Both the position numbers and the translations under genes were made by a program. Positions 53,785 through 64,000 of a DNA stretch of 64,000 bases are shown piece by piece. The notes under the pieces were generated by a model. The model saw nothing but the letters and a program-made list of their open reading frames with translations. It was not told the origin of the DNA and ran no database searches. The stretch covers positions 23,870,001-23,934,000 of the forward strand of contig OZ024741.1 in the NCBI GenBank assembly GCA_964016885.1, read 5' to 3'. Source of the stretch: Eledone cirrhosa. Its lineage: Eukaryota. Position 1 is the first letter of the stretch. The number at the start of each line of letters is the position of its first letter.

Positions 53785-53975
53785 AAAAAAAAGCACCCAG
53801 CCCACACTGTAAATGAGGTTGGTGTTAGGAAGGGCATCCAGCTGTAGAAATCAAGCCAGATCAGTTCCTGTATGAGCAAGGTATGGTCAGCCGACCAGAC
53901 ACTGCCCACAACAGGACAACCCGTCTAACCCATGCTAGCGTGGAAGAACGGACGTAAAATGGTGATGATGATGAT
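53785..53975 (+). mobile_element. RTE 3' tail (left arm of a palindrome)
   Basis: Near-identical to 13375-13563. Confidence 0.88.
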
Positions 53976-53982
53976 ATATATA

Positions 53983-54370
53983 TCATCATCATCACAGTTT
54001 TATGTCCGTTCTTCCACGCTAACATGGGTTAGGCGGGTTGTCCTGTTGTGGACAGTGTCCGGTCGGCTGATCTTGTCTTGCTCATACGGGAACTGATTCT
54101 AGCTTGATTTCTACAGCTGGATGCCCTTCCTAACACCAACCTCATTTACAGTGAGTGCTGGGTGCTTTTTTGCCGTGGCACCTCCACGACCACTTTGCAG
54201 TGGAATGATATAGACCCCAGTCCTATCATCTCATTTCTACAGCTGAGTAAACTGGAGCAATGTGAGATAAAGTCTTGCTCAAGGAAACAACACATCACCC
54301 GGTCTGAGAATTGAACTCACAACCTTTCGATTGCAAGCCCAATGCTCTAACCACTAAGCCATGTGCCTTC
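53983..54370 (-). mobile_element. tRNA-derived SINE with RTE-derived tail (right arm of the palindrome)
   Basis: Same composite structure as 6644-6987. Confidence 0.85.
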
Positions 54371-54744
54371 AATATATATATATCACTTATTTTGAGTAGC
54401 ATTCAGGTCAAGTGTAAAGATACCTTCCTCTCTCCCTTCCACTAGTCTTGGAGCCCTTGAAAAAATGTGTCTGACTAAAAATAAATATCCTATAACTACT
54501 TTTGTCTTTAAATCTAGTTCCAACTAAATATTTGTTCTAATCTTTGCCTCTCCCAGTTTCTAAACTAAGTACCAGTAATACTTGCAGTCAATTATGTTTA
54601 CTAACCAAATGACATTGTTCATTTGTTGTAGCAAGTAGATTTTTGGCAGACAAAATATTTGGTATACTTTTATTTTTTTAAAGCATTTATATTTTTTTAA
54701 ATTATTCTAACCCTTTCATTATCATATTTCTAATAATAATAATA

Positions 54745-54880
54745 ATGTTTCTACTTTTGGCACAAAGTCAGCAATTATCCCAGTGCATTACTGGTGCTTT
54801 ATTTTATCGACCCCGTAAGAATGAAGGGCAAAGTTAACCTCAGCGGGATTTGAACTCAGAATGTAAAAGGCCATAACTCT
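54745..54880 (-). mobile_element. tRNA-derived SINE, second family, partial
   Basis: TTTATTTTATCGACCCCGTAAG...GCGGGATTTGAACTCAG. Confidence 0.8.
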
Positions 54881-55270
54881 GTGCTGCAAACTGCATAACT
54901 AACCTTCTGATAATTAAGGTGGTGTTTGGAGCATAATTTAACAAATGATGTAAGGTTTTTAGATAGATATAAGCATTTAAAAACAGTTTTTTAACATCAA
55001 ATCAAAGGTGATTTCTGACAGTTTTAGTATCAAAATGCATATAAGGTAGTGGATGTGAGAAGCTGTAGAGTACTGAGGGACTTAGTTACCACCTTTTCCA
55101 AACTCAGTGCTAATCTTGCCTAAATCAACCTTTTTCTTTCCTCTGACCAGAGATAGATTTTAATTCACTATATTCCACCTCAAAATTTCTATTAGAAATC
55201 AGTTATTTCAACATAGCAGGCTGGTGGATTGGCAGAATTGCTAGAACATCAGGCAAAATATCTTTCAGTT

Positions 55271-55478
55271 CAGTGGAATCTCAGTTCATGAATGCCCCTC
55301 AGCATTAACAAATCGGTTCATGAACAATTATTCCGAACAAAACGTCTCAGGTGATGAACGGTGTCTTGAGTAACACACACACAAGCTGGGAGTATCGGTG
55401 GGAAGTTTCACTTAGAGTTTTGGTTTACAAACATTTCAGGTGACGAACGGCCTTCATGAACAAATTAAGGTTCCACTG
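55271..55478. mobile_element. pogo/Tigger-like MITE nested in an older SINE (about 55218-55650)
   Basis: Ends CAGTGGAATCT... and ...AGGTTCCACTG|TA. SINE head (GGTGGATTGGCAGAAT) lies to the left and SINE core (TTTGCCTTTCAT...GATAAAATAAGTACCA) to the right. Confidence 0.65.
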
Positions 55479-55641
55479 TATTTCTTACAGCTCTTTATAG
55501 TCTGTTAAATTTTTTGCTGAGGTCTACTTTGCCTTTCATTTTTACAGGGCTGATAAAATAAGTACCAATAAAGCATTAAGATCGATGTATTCAATATAAC
55601 CCTTCCCCCCCAAAATTGCGGGACTTGTGCTTAAATTATAA

Positions 55642-55860
<219 letters not shown>

Positions 55861-56684
55861 TAAGAGACATTCTATACATTACATTTCTATTGCATATTAT
55901 TCATTAGCAATGGGACTGATACAGTGGGATTCAGTATAATGGCATATATGAACGCATATACAACATGTTTCTACATAATAAACATACATTTAGTCATACT
56001 ATGACTATTTTAAGTTGTGAAAAGTTTGAAATTGCTAGTGACATGTATTTCAGAGTTATTACTCATCATCAGCAGTTGGCAACATGTACTGAGATACTGA
56101 GGTATGAAATACATTAAAGTTTAAATTCAAAGACACTTCAGAATCTTTTATCCGCATTCTACACAGGCATAGATTGGATTTGATGGAGCAACCTTACCTT
56201 GCTCATGTGTTTCATATTTAGCATGGTTTCTACATTTGGACACCCTTCCTAATGCCAGCCACCTTACAGAGTGTACTGGGTTATTTTTTGAGGCACCAGC
56301 ACTACCTCTATTTAGAGTTTACTGGGTGTATTTTATTGTGACACTGCCTAAACTGTAGTCTCCAGTCTCTTACAATGTTACTCTGAAATGCAATGCTTGT
56401 ACTGGTGAAAGGGTCCTTTGTGTTATAGCAAATCACCAGTCAGCTCTTGTCTGATGTAATTTCTTTCATGAGGTTCACTTTCTTGAAGACCTTCTTTACA
56501 ACTTTGATCCATGTTTACTTGGTCCTCCTCTTGCACAAGTTCCATTTCAAGCACTCGGTACTTTCCTATACAACTCTCGCTCTCTTTACACATAACCATA
56601 TTGATGTAAAAACAATGATGATGGTATTGATTTGGCACTTTTAACTATTTCTATTAATTTTCTCTTCTTGCTTTGAACTTGTAG

Positions 56685-56801
56685 GAAAAATCCAGTGGAA
56701 AGACAGCACATTATAAGTTAACTTCTACAGTGATGTTGTGGTTGTTGACTACAAAGGAAGGTTCTGGTACAATGAACTTAGGTGGTAGCCTTACAAGACA
56801 G
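56685..56801 (+). CDS. CAPZB: CAPZB coding exon (exon 6 equivalent)
   Basis: cttgtag acceptor; 117 nt, [39 protein letters not shown]; GTAATA donor. Confidence 0.97.
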
Positions 56802-57019
56802 GTAATAGCATTTCTTCAAATTAATTTGTCTGTTTAAGCTTTTTCTGAAACGAGTGGTGTTATGTAATTAATGTTTGATTGGAGTTGTCATGGTTTAGAA
56901 GTTGGGTGAAAACAAAACAGAAAATTATGATTGGTAAAGAGTGACAACCCCTGCTCACTGTCCAGAAATCTCTGTTGATTCAGCATATGTATGAACATCA
57001 TAAACCACTGCATACTAAA

Positions 57020-57316
57020 CCACTCTGTAGCAGCTATTGACAGTAGTTGGTTTGCCTGAGCAGTGGAACATGTTCCCTCATCAGCCACTCTGTAGAGGCT
57101 ATTGACAGTAGGTCTACCTGAGCAGTGGAATGTGTTCCCTCATCAGCCACTCTGTAGTGGCTATTGACTGCCTTAGCAACAGAACACCATTCCTTCCCTC
57201 ATCAGCCACTCTGTAGTGGCTATTGACAGTAGATGGACTGCCTGAGCAGTAGAACATGTTCTTTCCTTCATCAACCACTCTGTAGAGGCTATTGACAGTA
57301 GATAATCTACCTGAGC
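57020..57316. repeat. Imperfect ~60-65-bp tandem repeat, about 5 copies
   Basis: CCACTCTGTAG.GGCTATTGACAGTAG...CCTGAGCAGTGGAAC.TGTTCCCTCATCAG recurs. Confidence 0.85.
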
Positions 57317-57877
57317 GAAATCTGGTTAGACAAAAACTGCTTGACTTTTCAAGGATAACTTCTTAGTCTATTTTGTGTGAGATTGTCCACCCGGTTAGTA
57401 TCATGGACTTTATTTACTGTTTTAATCAAGTAGGTGGACAAGGCTGTCTAGAACTTTGTTGCACTGGAAATTGTTAACATGTTGTTTAATGTCCTACTTT
57501 GGCAGCATCACTTCTTGGTTTACAACTTAGGAATTCTCCTGTTCTACTGTCAGTTGCAGTAGACATCTAACAATACATTGATGGACAAGTCTGGCAAGTA
57601 TATGTATAAAGTTGTAGAGCAGATGATCTAAACCTGGTTATATGTTTCTTATACACCACCTACCATTAACCAAATTTCAGCTGCTATTATTGGCTGTTCT
57701 TGCAGCACTCCTTCACTGAATGCCACAACAGGCTAAGACGGGCACTAAAGTTCATTACTGCCTTGAAACAGTTGAATAGAGTGCTGCAGGAAAAACACAT
57801 CTGCTTGAACTGAAGTACCATACATCTGTCTCTGACTATCAAAAACCATATTGTGGCATTGCCAGTAGTAATGATAA

Positions 57878-58060
57878 TAATGGTTTCTAATTTAGGCACA
57901 AGGACAGCAATTAAATCAGTGTATTACTGGTACTTTATTTTATTGACCCTGTAAGGATGAAAGGCAAAGTTAACGTCGGCGGGATTTGAACTCGGACCAT
58001 AAAGGGACGTAACTATGCTGGAAAGCATAGCGTCCGGCCCTCTACCGATACTGTCAATCA
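57878..58060 (-). mobile_element. tRNA-derived SINE, second family
   Basis: Homology to 22639-22825. Confidence 0.85.
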
Positions 58061-58232
58061 AGTAATAATGATAATAATTGTTTCTAATTTAGGCACAAAG
58101 TTAGGAATTATATTACATTGACTCTAGTACTTCACTGATAGTTCATCTTATTGACCTCTGATGAAAGGTAGGATTTGAAGAAATCCTACAAAACATTTCA
58201 TTTGGTGCTCTAACTATTCTATCAATAATCAT

Positions 58233-58422
58233 AATAATTGTTTCTACTTTAGGCACAAGGCCAGCAATTACCCAGTTCATTACTGGTACTTTATTTTATC
58301 GACCCCGTAAGGATGAAAGGCAAAGTCAACCTCGGCGGGATTTGAACTCAGATCGTAAAGGGACGTAACTATGCTGGAAAGCATGGCGTCCGACCCTCTA
58401 CCGATACTGCCAATCCACCCCC
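58233..58422 (-). mobile_element. tRNA-derived SINE, second family, near-consensus, about 40 nt upstream of a CAPZB exon
   Basis: Near-identical to 22639-22825. Confidence 0.88.
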
Positions 58423-58464
58423 AATAATCATAATAATGTGATTCACTTTGTTCTCTACTTGCAG

Positions 58465-58530
58465 ATAGAGTTAGATACTTCTGTTAATGAATCTTCCCCA
58501 CACATTGTCAATATAGGCAAAATGATTGAG
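58465..58530 (+). CDS. CAPZB: CAPZB coding exon (exon 7 equivalent)
   Basis: ctctacttgcag acceptor; 66 nt, IELDTSVNESSPHIVNIGKMIE; GTGAGA donor. Confidence 0.95.
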
Positions 58531-58660
58531 GTGAGAATTGAAATGTTTCTTCTACTCTGTCTTCTCTTTGTTGAGCTGTCTACAGCATGATCAAGTAATT
58601 TAATATCTTATATGAAACATTAGACAGACATCTTGTTACAACATATTTGATTTTATTCTT

Positions 58661-58865
58661 TTAACTCTTTAGTTGTCAAAACCAGCCCTGATTCTATGAA
58701 ATAAAACCATCCATTTTAAAGTATTCCAATTTTAATTAAAATCTTCCAACAATTTTATATAGTAACTTTAAATTAAGTTACTATCTTAGTAATGAAATAA
58801 TTAATAATTTTAGTAAATTCCTCAAAATTCTTCATTGATTAATTCAAATAGTGTGAAAGGGTTAA
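58661..58865. mobile_element. TTAA-flanked MITE-like element
   Basis: TTAA|CTCTTT ... AAAGGG|TTAA ends; interior degenerate. Confidence 0.4.
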
Positions 58866-58936
58866 AAATGTTTTAGTTTATAAATGGATATTTATTTGGT
58901 TATTAATTTACATTTTGCATTTCAATTATTTTACAG

Positions 58937-59104
58937 GATATGGAGAATAAAATTAGAAACACTCTTAATGAAATTTATTTTGGGAAAACGAGGGATATTG
59001 TGAATGGTCTTCGCTCATTTCAGGCATTGCAAGATCGCAGGCAGGCAGAGGCACTACGCAACGACTTAGTGCTGGCTCTACAAAAACGTCCACAAGCGCA
59101 ATGA
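58937..59104 (+). CDS. CAPZB: CAPZB terminal coding exon including the beta-tentacle and stop codon
   Basis: ttttacag acceptor; [55 protein letters not shown] then TGA at 59102-59104. Confidence 0.96.
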   Translation, partial: DMENKIRNTLNEIYFGKTRDIVNGLRSFQALQDRRQAEALRNDLVLALQKRPQAQ

Positions 59105-59314
59105 TGTTGCAAGAGGAAATCACTAAACATAATTCCGGCTTTCATTCGAACTCTGCACAAGCTACCATATATGGTCGGGTGGGATTTATTACACAACAAC
59201 CTATATATAATATTAATGGTATTATCATTGTCTTCATTATCTTCTCTTATGGTTCCTCTTTTCCTCCTCCGCCTCCTCTTTCTCAGATTAAAGATTTTAT
59301 CTATCTCTCTCTCT

Positions 59315-59353
<39 letters not shown>

Positions 59354-62170
59354 GTATAAACACAACACAATATTCCTCTTGTTTTTTAATTAATTAAAAA
59401 AGAATTTTTTCTAGAATTAATTTTTTCTTTCTAAACATCAATTTCTTTCTCTCCTATCACTCTGTTGATTTCATTCCTATGACTCTCTCTCTCTCTCTTT
59501 CTCTCCTATCACTCTCTCTCTCTCTCTTATTAAGCATAAAATAAGTTTAAAAAACACTTAAAAAAACAAAACAAAAACAAACTATAAGGTCAACAAAACC
59601 AACTAATTCCAGTGTCCCCCACCTACTGAGGCAGACTATGAGTGAAAGGTTTGCAATAACTATGTATATTTGATGATAAAATATTTCTTAAATTCTACCA
59701 CCCAGACTCCTCCTAGCTTGTTGATTATATAAATGGACAGTGGTGAACAGCTGACCTTAAATATACTTTTGGTCTCGCCATATATATATGTCTGGGACAT
59801 GGCAACAACTCTTGTTAGTTTAATTGTGACAGTGTTTCTGGCTGTCAGCCAGTTGTTTTTTTTTTAATTTCCTTGCTGAATATATTCTTGAAAAATTGAA
59901 TGATAATGATGATAATAATAATGATTTATATATATAAAAGAAATTTAAAATAACAAAATATCAAGAGGGAATAAATGAAAAAAAAAATGATTTTTGAACG
60001 AAACGAATAAAAGAATTCCACTAATCATGTCTACCAATAACCAATTCCTGATTCTAGAAATGTTCTTTTTTTTTTTTTATATAACAAGGAAAGTGTATTT
60101 GGCTATTCTGTTATTTGACACTGGGTTTTTTTTTTTCTTCTCTTTTTCAATTGCCAGCTCTATTCTGTGGCTTGCTCTTGTTAATACAAGCATCATATTC
60201 TACTAATTCTCTTATTTTCATTCCTTATCTAATATCAATGCAGGTGTCACTAGTGTTGGCAGTGTCACTAGAGTGTTGGATTAATTTCCTCAGTATTCTT
60301 TATAGCTCTCTGCATTTTCTGTTCAAATCCTACTGTAATCAACTTTGCCTTTCATCATTCTTTCGGGATTGATAAACTCCCAGTCCAAGGGTAGTGGATT
60401 GGTAAAATCATTTAAAAGTCAGAGGGGATACTTTGCAGTATCTGATCTGGCTCTGTGTATTTTGAGTTCAAATCCTGCTTCCTTCTGCCAGGAGTTGCGA
60501 CTGGCAGACAGTATCAGCAATGGAAAGACCAATGTAAACAGTTTCCATAGCTCAATTTGATGATCAGCTCCATTCCTTTCCTTAAGTTACTTCTTCTAGA
60601 CCCAGTTATTGACAACTGCTGAATATTGTCTCCTTAATCACTGCCGCTTAATTATCATGTTTTCACGTTGAGTTGTGTACAGTTTACTGGCCAACTTTGC
60701 TTCTTCATAACTTTCTTAGTAATGACAAAATTTGTTTTCGCTCTAACATAGCTGATACGTAAATGCATTTGTGAGGTTTATATTGAATAATAATAATATT
60801 ATTAATGTTCGATTCATTTGCAAACAGCCTCATAACGGCATGTTTTAAATGACTATCGTCATCCTTTTGTTCTAGCAGTAGCAGAGAGAAACAATCGACA
60901 GTTGTTTCAGGGTTATTGCCCCTTGTCAAGATTGTGTATCTCTCCTTTTTCTGCTACACACTAGAACTCTTGAGAATATATAGTATTCTCTAAAGTGCAC
61001 ATCAGCTGATTAGCCTAATTTGCATACCAAGCAATTTTACAGCTGGCTTGAACAAAAGGAAGATGATAGTTGTCCAAAAACTCACTGCGTTAGGAGTCTG
61101 TTTGCTTGCAAATGAATAAAATATTAATAAATATTATTATATTATTATATGGGCGGTGAATTGGCAGTATCGGTAGAGGGTCGGACGCCATGCTTTGACG
61201 CATAGAGTTACGGCCCTTGCCATTCTGAGTTCAAATCCCGCTGAGGTTAACTTTGCCTTTCATCCTTACGGGGTCGATAAAATAAAGTACCAGTAATGTA
61301 CTGGGTAATCGCTGATAGTAGAAACAATTATATTATTATATGATATAAAACTTGTGAATGCATTTCTTAATAATACCCATTTTATAAATGAAATTTGCAG
61401 AGATACATTTTCTATGATATAGATTAATTTTGTTGATGAAAATAAAAAAATAAATAAATAAAAAAAAATGCTTTTATTTTTGTATATCGATTCATTGGTT
61501 AGTGCTTTCATTTACTGAATACTTTTGATTGGAAATTTGTTCATTATGCTTTCCAATTTTATGTTGACAATATCAATCAGGAAAATGTCATAGATTTTCT
61601 ACAGAAGCGTAATGTCGTTTCTACAACTATGAATTGGGTAAAAAAAAAAAAAAAATTTGTTTTTCTTTCTTTCTTTTCATCAACTTTCTTGTAATTTACA
61701 CCTTTCAAAACATATCTCTGCAAAACTTCATTTACAAATATGTATTGTTAAGAAAGTTGTGAAGAATAAAGTGAAGGGTGGATGGACTAAACTGTAGAAG
61801 TGACTAGTGTTGTTCATGACACTATCAACAAACTTTTGTTTAATCCAGAGTAATTTATTATTTTTCTTTCATACAGACACACACACATACACACCGACTA
61901 CAGACACACTGCACACACTCTTGTTGACAATTATCTGTTAGTGATAGAGTAAAGGATTATTTTCTACTGAAATAGTTTTTGAGTTGGGAAAAAAAAAGAA
62001 CAAAAAATAATAAAACATTTGTTTTATAGCTTAAATGAAATCTTACTTTAGTTATTTACATCATCAAATCTTTTTATTGTAAATAACACAAGCATTGTAA
62101 GGCCATTTTCCCTGGTATGATGAATATTATTTTACATTTGTATTGTAAATAAACACTTTAGAAATAGTAT
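59105..62170 (+). other. Probable CAPZB 3' UTR (end uncertain)
   Basis: AT-rich sequence after the stop, with AATAAA hexamers near 59970, 60006, 61116 and 62148. Which one is used cannot be determined from sequence. Confidence 0.35.
61150..61335 (+). mobile_element. tRNA-derived SINE, second family
   Basis: GGCGGTGAATTGGCAGTATCGGTAGAG...GAGTTCAAATCCC...GGGGTCGATAAAATAAAGTACCAG. Confidence 0.87.
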
Positions 62171-62324
62171 TTTGCTTCAGCATTTACTATCCATTTATTT
62201 GGTAAAAAGAAATTATCCATTCTCTCATTCATTTCCACTTTCTGTGGCATAAATATTTTCTTCTCGTTACTTTATTGCAAATATTGTTGCTTGGGTTAAA
62301 ATCTGCAAGTTCATGTTCTTGATA

Positions 62325-62635
62325 ATGATAATAAAATTGTGTACAGTCCTCATGCACTACAACTCATCAAAGGTGTATGTATAGTACATAGAATAATGTA
62401 CAAAAGTCAGGAAATTGAACAGTGTATGAGTTATGATATACACATACATGCATGCGTGTGTATGGAGGGGGAATATCGGGTGCAGTGTTGGTGAATTGTA
62501 GGAAATTTTGAAGGTTTCAGTGTCCTGACAGCTAACAAGCGATGCAGGTAGTTTTGTTCCATGCTTCAGCAACTCTGAGCATGGAAAACATATTTCCAAA
62601 AGTCATGGGAGCTGTACTGTTTTCTGACTTTACCT
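62325..62635 (-). mobile_element. CR1-type LINE 3' end
   Basis: Colinear with 26625-26912. Confidence 0.8.
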
Positions 62636-63689
62636 GTTAAAACTGTTGATACTAGTTTTTATCATCCCACCAACACACTTGATAACTACCTGGAATATAT
62701 GGTATGGTGAATAAGCTACTTTAACTCTTAACATTCTCTAATGATTAAGCAGAAAACAACTAAAAGCAGGTTTGTTAATTCAAATGTTTATAGTATCTTT
62801 ATTTGTAAACAGATTATGAAAATCTAGTTAAGATTTTGATTTATAATGTGATACAGTCAGTGCTGTTTTGTATTTTTCAAGAATATCTTGCTAATTATTC
62901 TTATGACATATGTGCAATAGTTAGAGAGCCAAGTCGAGACCAGAGAGACCAAGGTGTCATTTGCAATATTATGGATTGCCTCCAGGCTGCCGAGAAAACG
63001 TCTGAGAGGGCAATCCCAAACAACATGCAATACTGTCTGGTCAGGGTCTTCAGTCACAAGCTGGGTTGCTTTCATTTTTTATCAATGGAGATGATGATGG
63101 GCTGTCCTGGCATGTGTTGTGCAGATCTGATTATGGGACACTCATTGCTTTCTGGGAAGGTCAAAGCCTGTTGGTTGAGATGTGGAGTCCTGGACAAAGT
63201 CTTTCTTATGAGGTTTTATGTGGTACAGGACATTAAGTTCCATCTGAAAACAAATGAATGTAGTTACTATGTTAGCCAAAAATACAAGTAGTTTGTAATC
63301 ACTAAACATTCTGAAAACAAATCTATTTGTGGTTGCTACATATGTTAGAAATAGTAGCCATAGGATGTGGTTCAGCATAAGGTGGGCCGCACTACTAACA
63401 AATACAAGGCAATTCTGAAATTAGGTGTGCCATTCAGAAAGCCAAACGGGCTGCAGTTTGCCCATGACTAGTGTATATAGTCACTAGGCATACTAGAAAC
63501 AGCAGCCTAATCTCCTTCAAATCACTCATTCCCATCTTAAAAACTATGTTGTCACTCTCCATGCTAAGAATAACGGCCAATTCTCATTGAAATGTCCAAG
63601 ATGAACATCTGAGAATAAGTGTACATCTATGTAGTCACTAAATGTTTTAAAAAATAGCAGCCAAATCATCTCCAAATTACTCATGTCCA

Positions 63690-64000
63690 TATAGTGGTTA
63701 GAGCATTGGGCTTGCAATCATGAGGTTGTGGGTTTGATTTTTGGACCAGGTGATGCACTGTGTCCTTGAGCAAGACAATTTCACATTTACTCAGCTGTAG
63801 AAATGAGTTGCGAGTCACTGGTGCCAAGCTGTATTGGCCATTGCTTTTCCCTTAGACATCATCAGTAGCGTGGAGAGGGGAGACTAGTATGCATGAGTGA
63901 CTGCTGGTCTTCCACAAACAACCTTGCCCGGACATGTGCCTCGAAGGGGAACTTTCTAGGTGCAAATCCCAAGATCATTCATGATTGAAGGGGGTCTTTA
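63690..64000 (+). mobile_element. tRNA-derived SINE with the same head as 6644-6987 and a different 3' body
   Basis: TAGTGGTTAGAGCATTGGGCTTGCAATC...GTCCTTGAGCAAGAC...TTTACTCAGCTGTAGAAATGAG, then non-RTE sequence running to the window end. Confidence 0.78.

Noticed and set aside
54290-54370. tRNA genes here and at 6900-6987, 3045-3125 and 63690-63750
   Set aside because: A and B boxes are present, but there is no intact acceptor stem or cloverleaf and they continue into SINE bodies.
62836-63291. 151-aa ORF
   Set aside because: No recognisable homology or splice context; likely chance or a decayed TE.

Overview
AT-rich, repeat-dense eukaryotic genomic DNA; the repeat families suggest an octopod cephalopod (inference). 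The only host gene I can support is the F-actin capping protein beta subunit (CAPZB) on the + strand. It has seven coding exons (18333-18422, 23208-23329, 25340-25453, 55710-55851, 56685-56801, 58465-58530, 58937-59104), all with GT-AG boundaries, splicing into one frame of 272 codons plus stop. The ATG-bearing first exon was not located. The rest is intronic or flanking repeat DNA: 5'-truncated RTE-type LINEs with a PHD-like finger in ORF2, tRNA-derived SINEs, CR1-group LINE ends, DNA transposon relics (Tc1/mariner Sailor-like, hAT, pogo- and piggyBac-like MITEs, a Helitron-like element) and three large tandem arrays. The arrays are a 39-bp unit at 3.7-5.9 kb, a 28/24-bp unit at 8.5-9.75 kb, and an 18.6-kb 41-bp satellite filling about 60% of the 30-kb intron 25454-55709. 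Almost all long ORFs in the track are translation artefacts of these arrays. The most interesting signal is that each array appears to have been seeded from, or directly at, a LINE sequence. Also notable are a single flipped monomer in the satellite and a ~385-bp near-perfect palindrome made of two tail-to-tail retroposons. I see no CRISPR array, rRNA, intact tRNA or prokaryote-type system.
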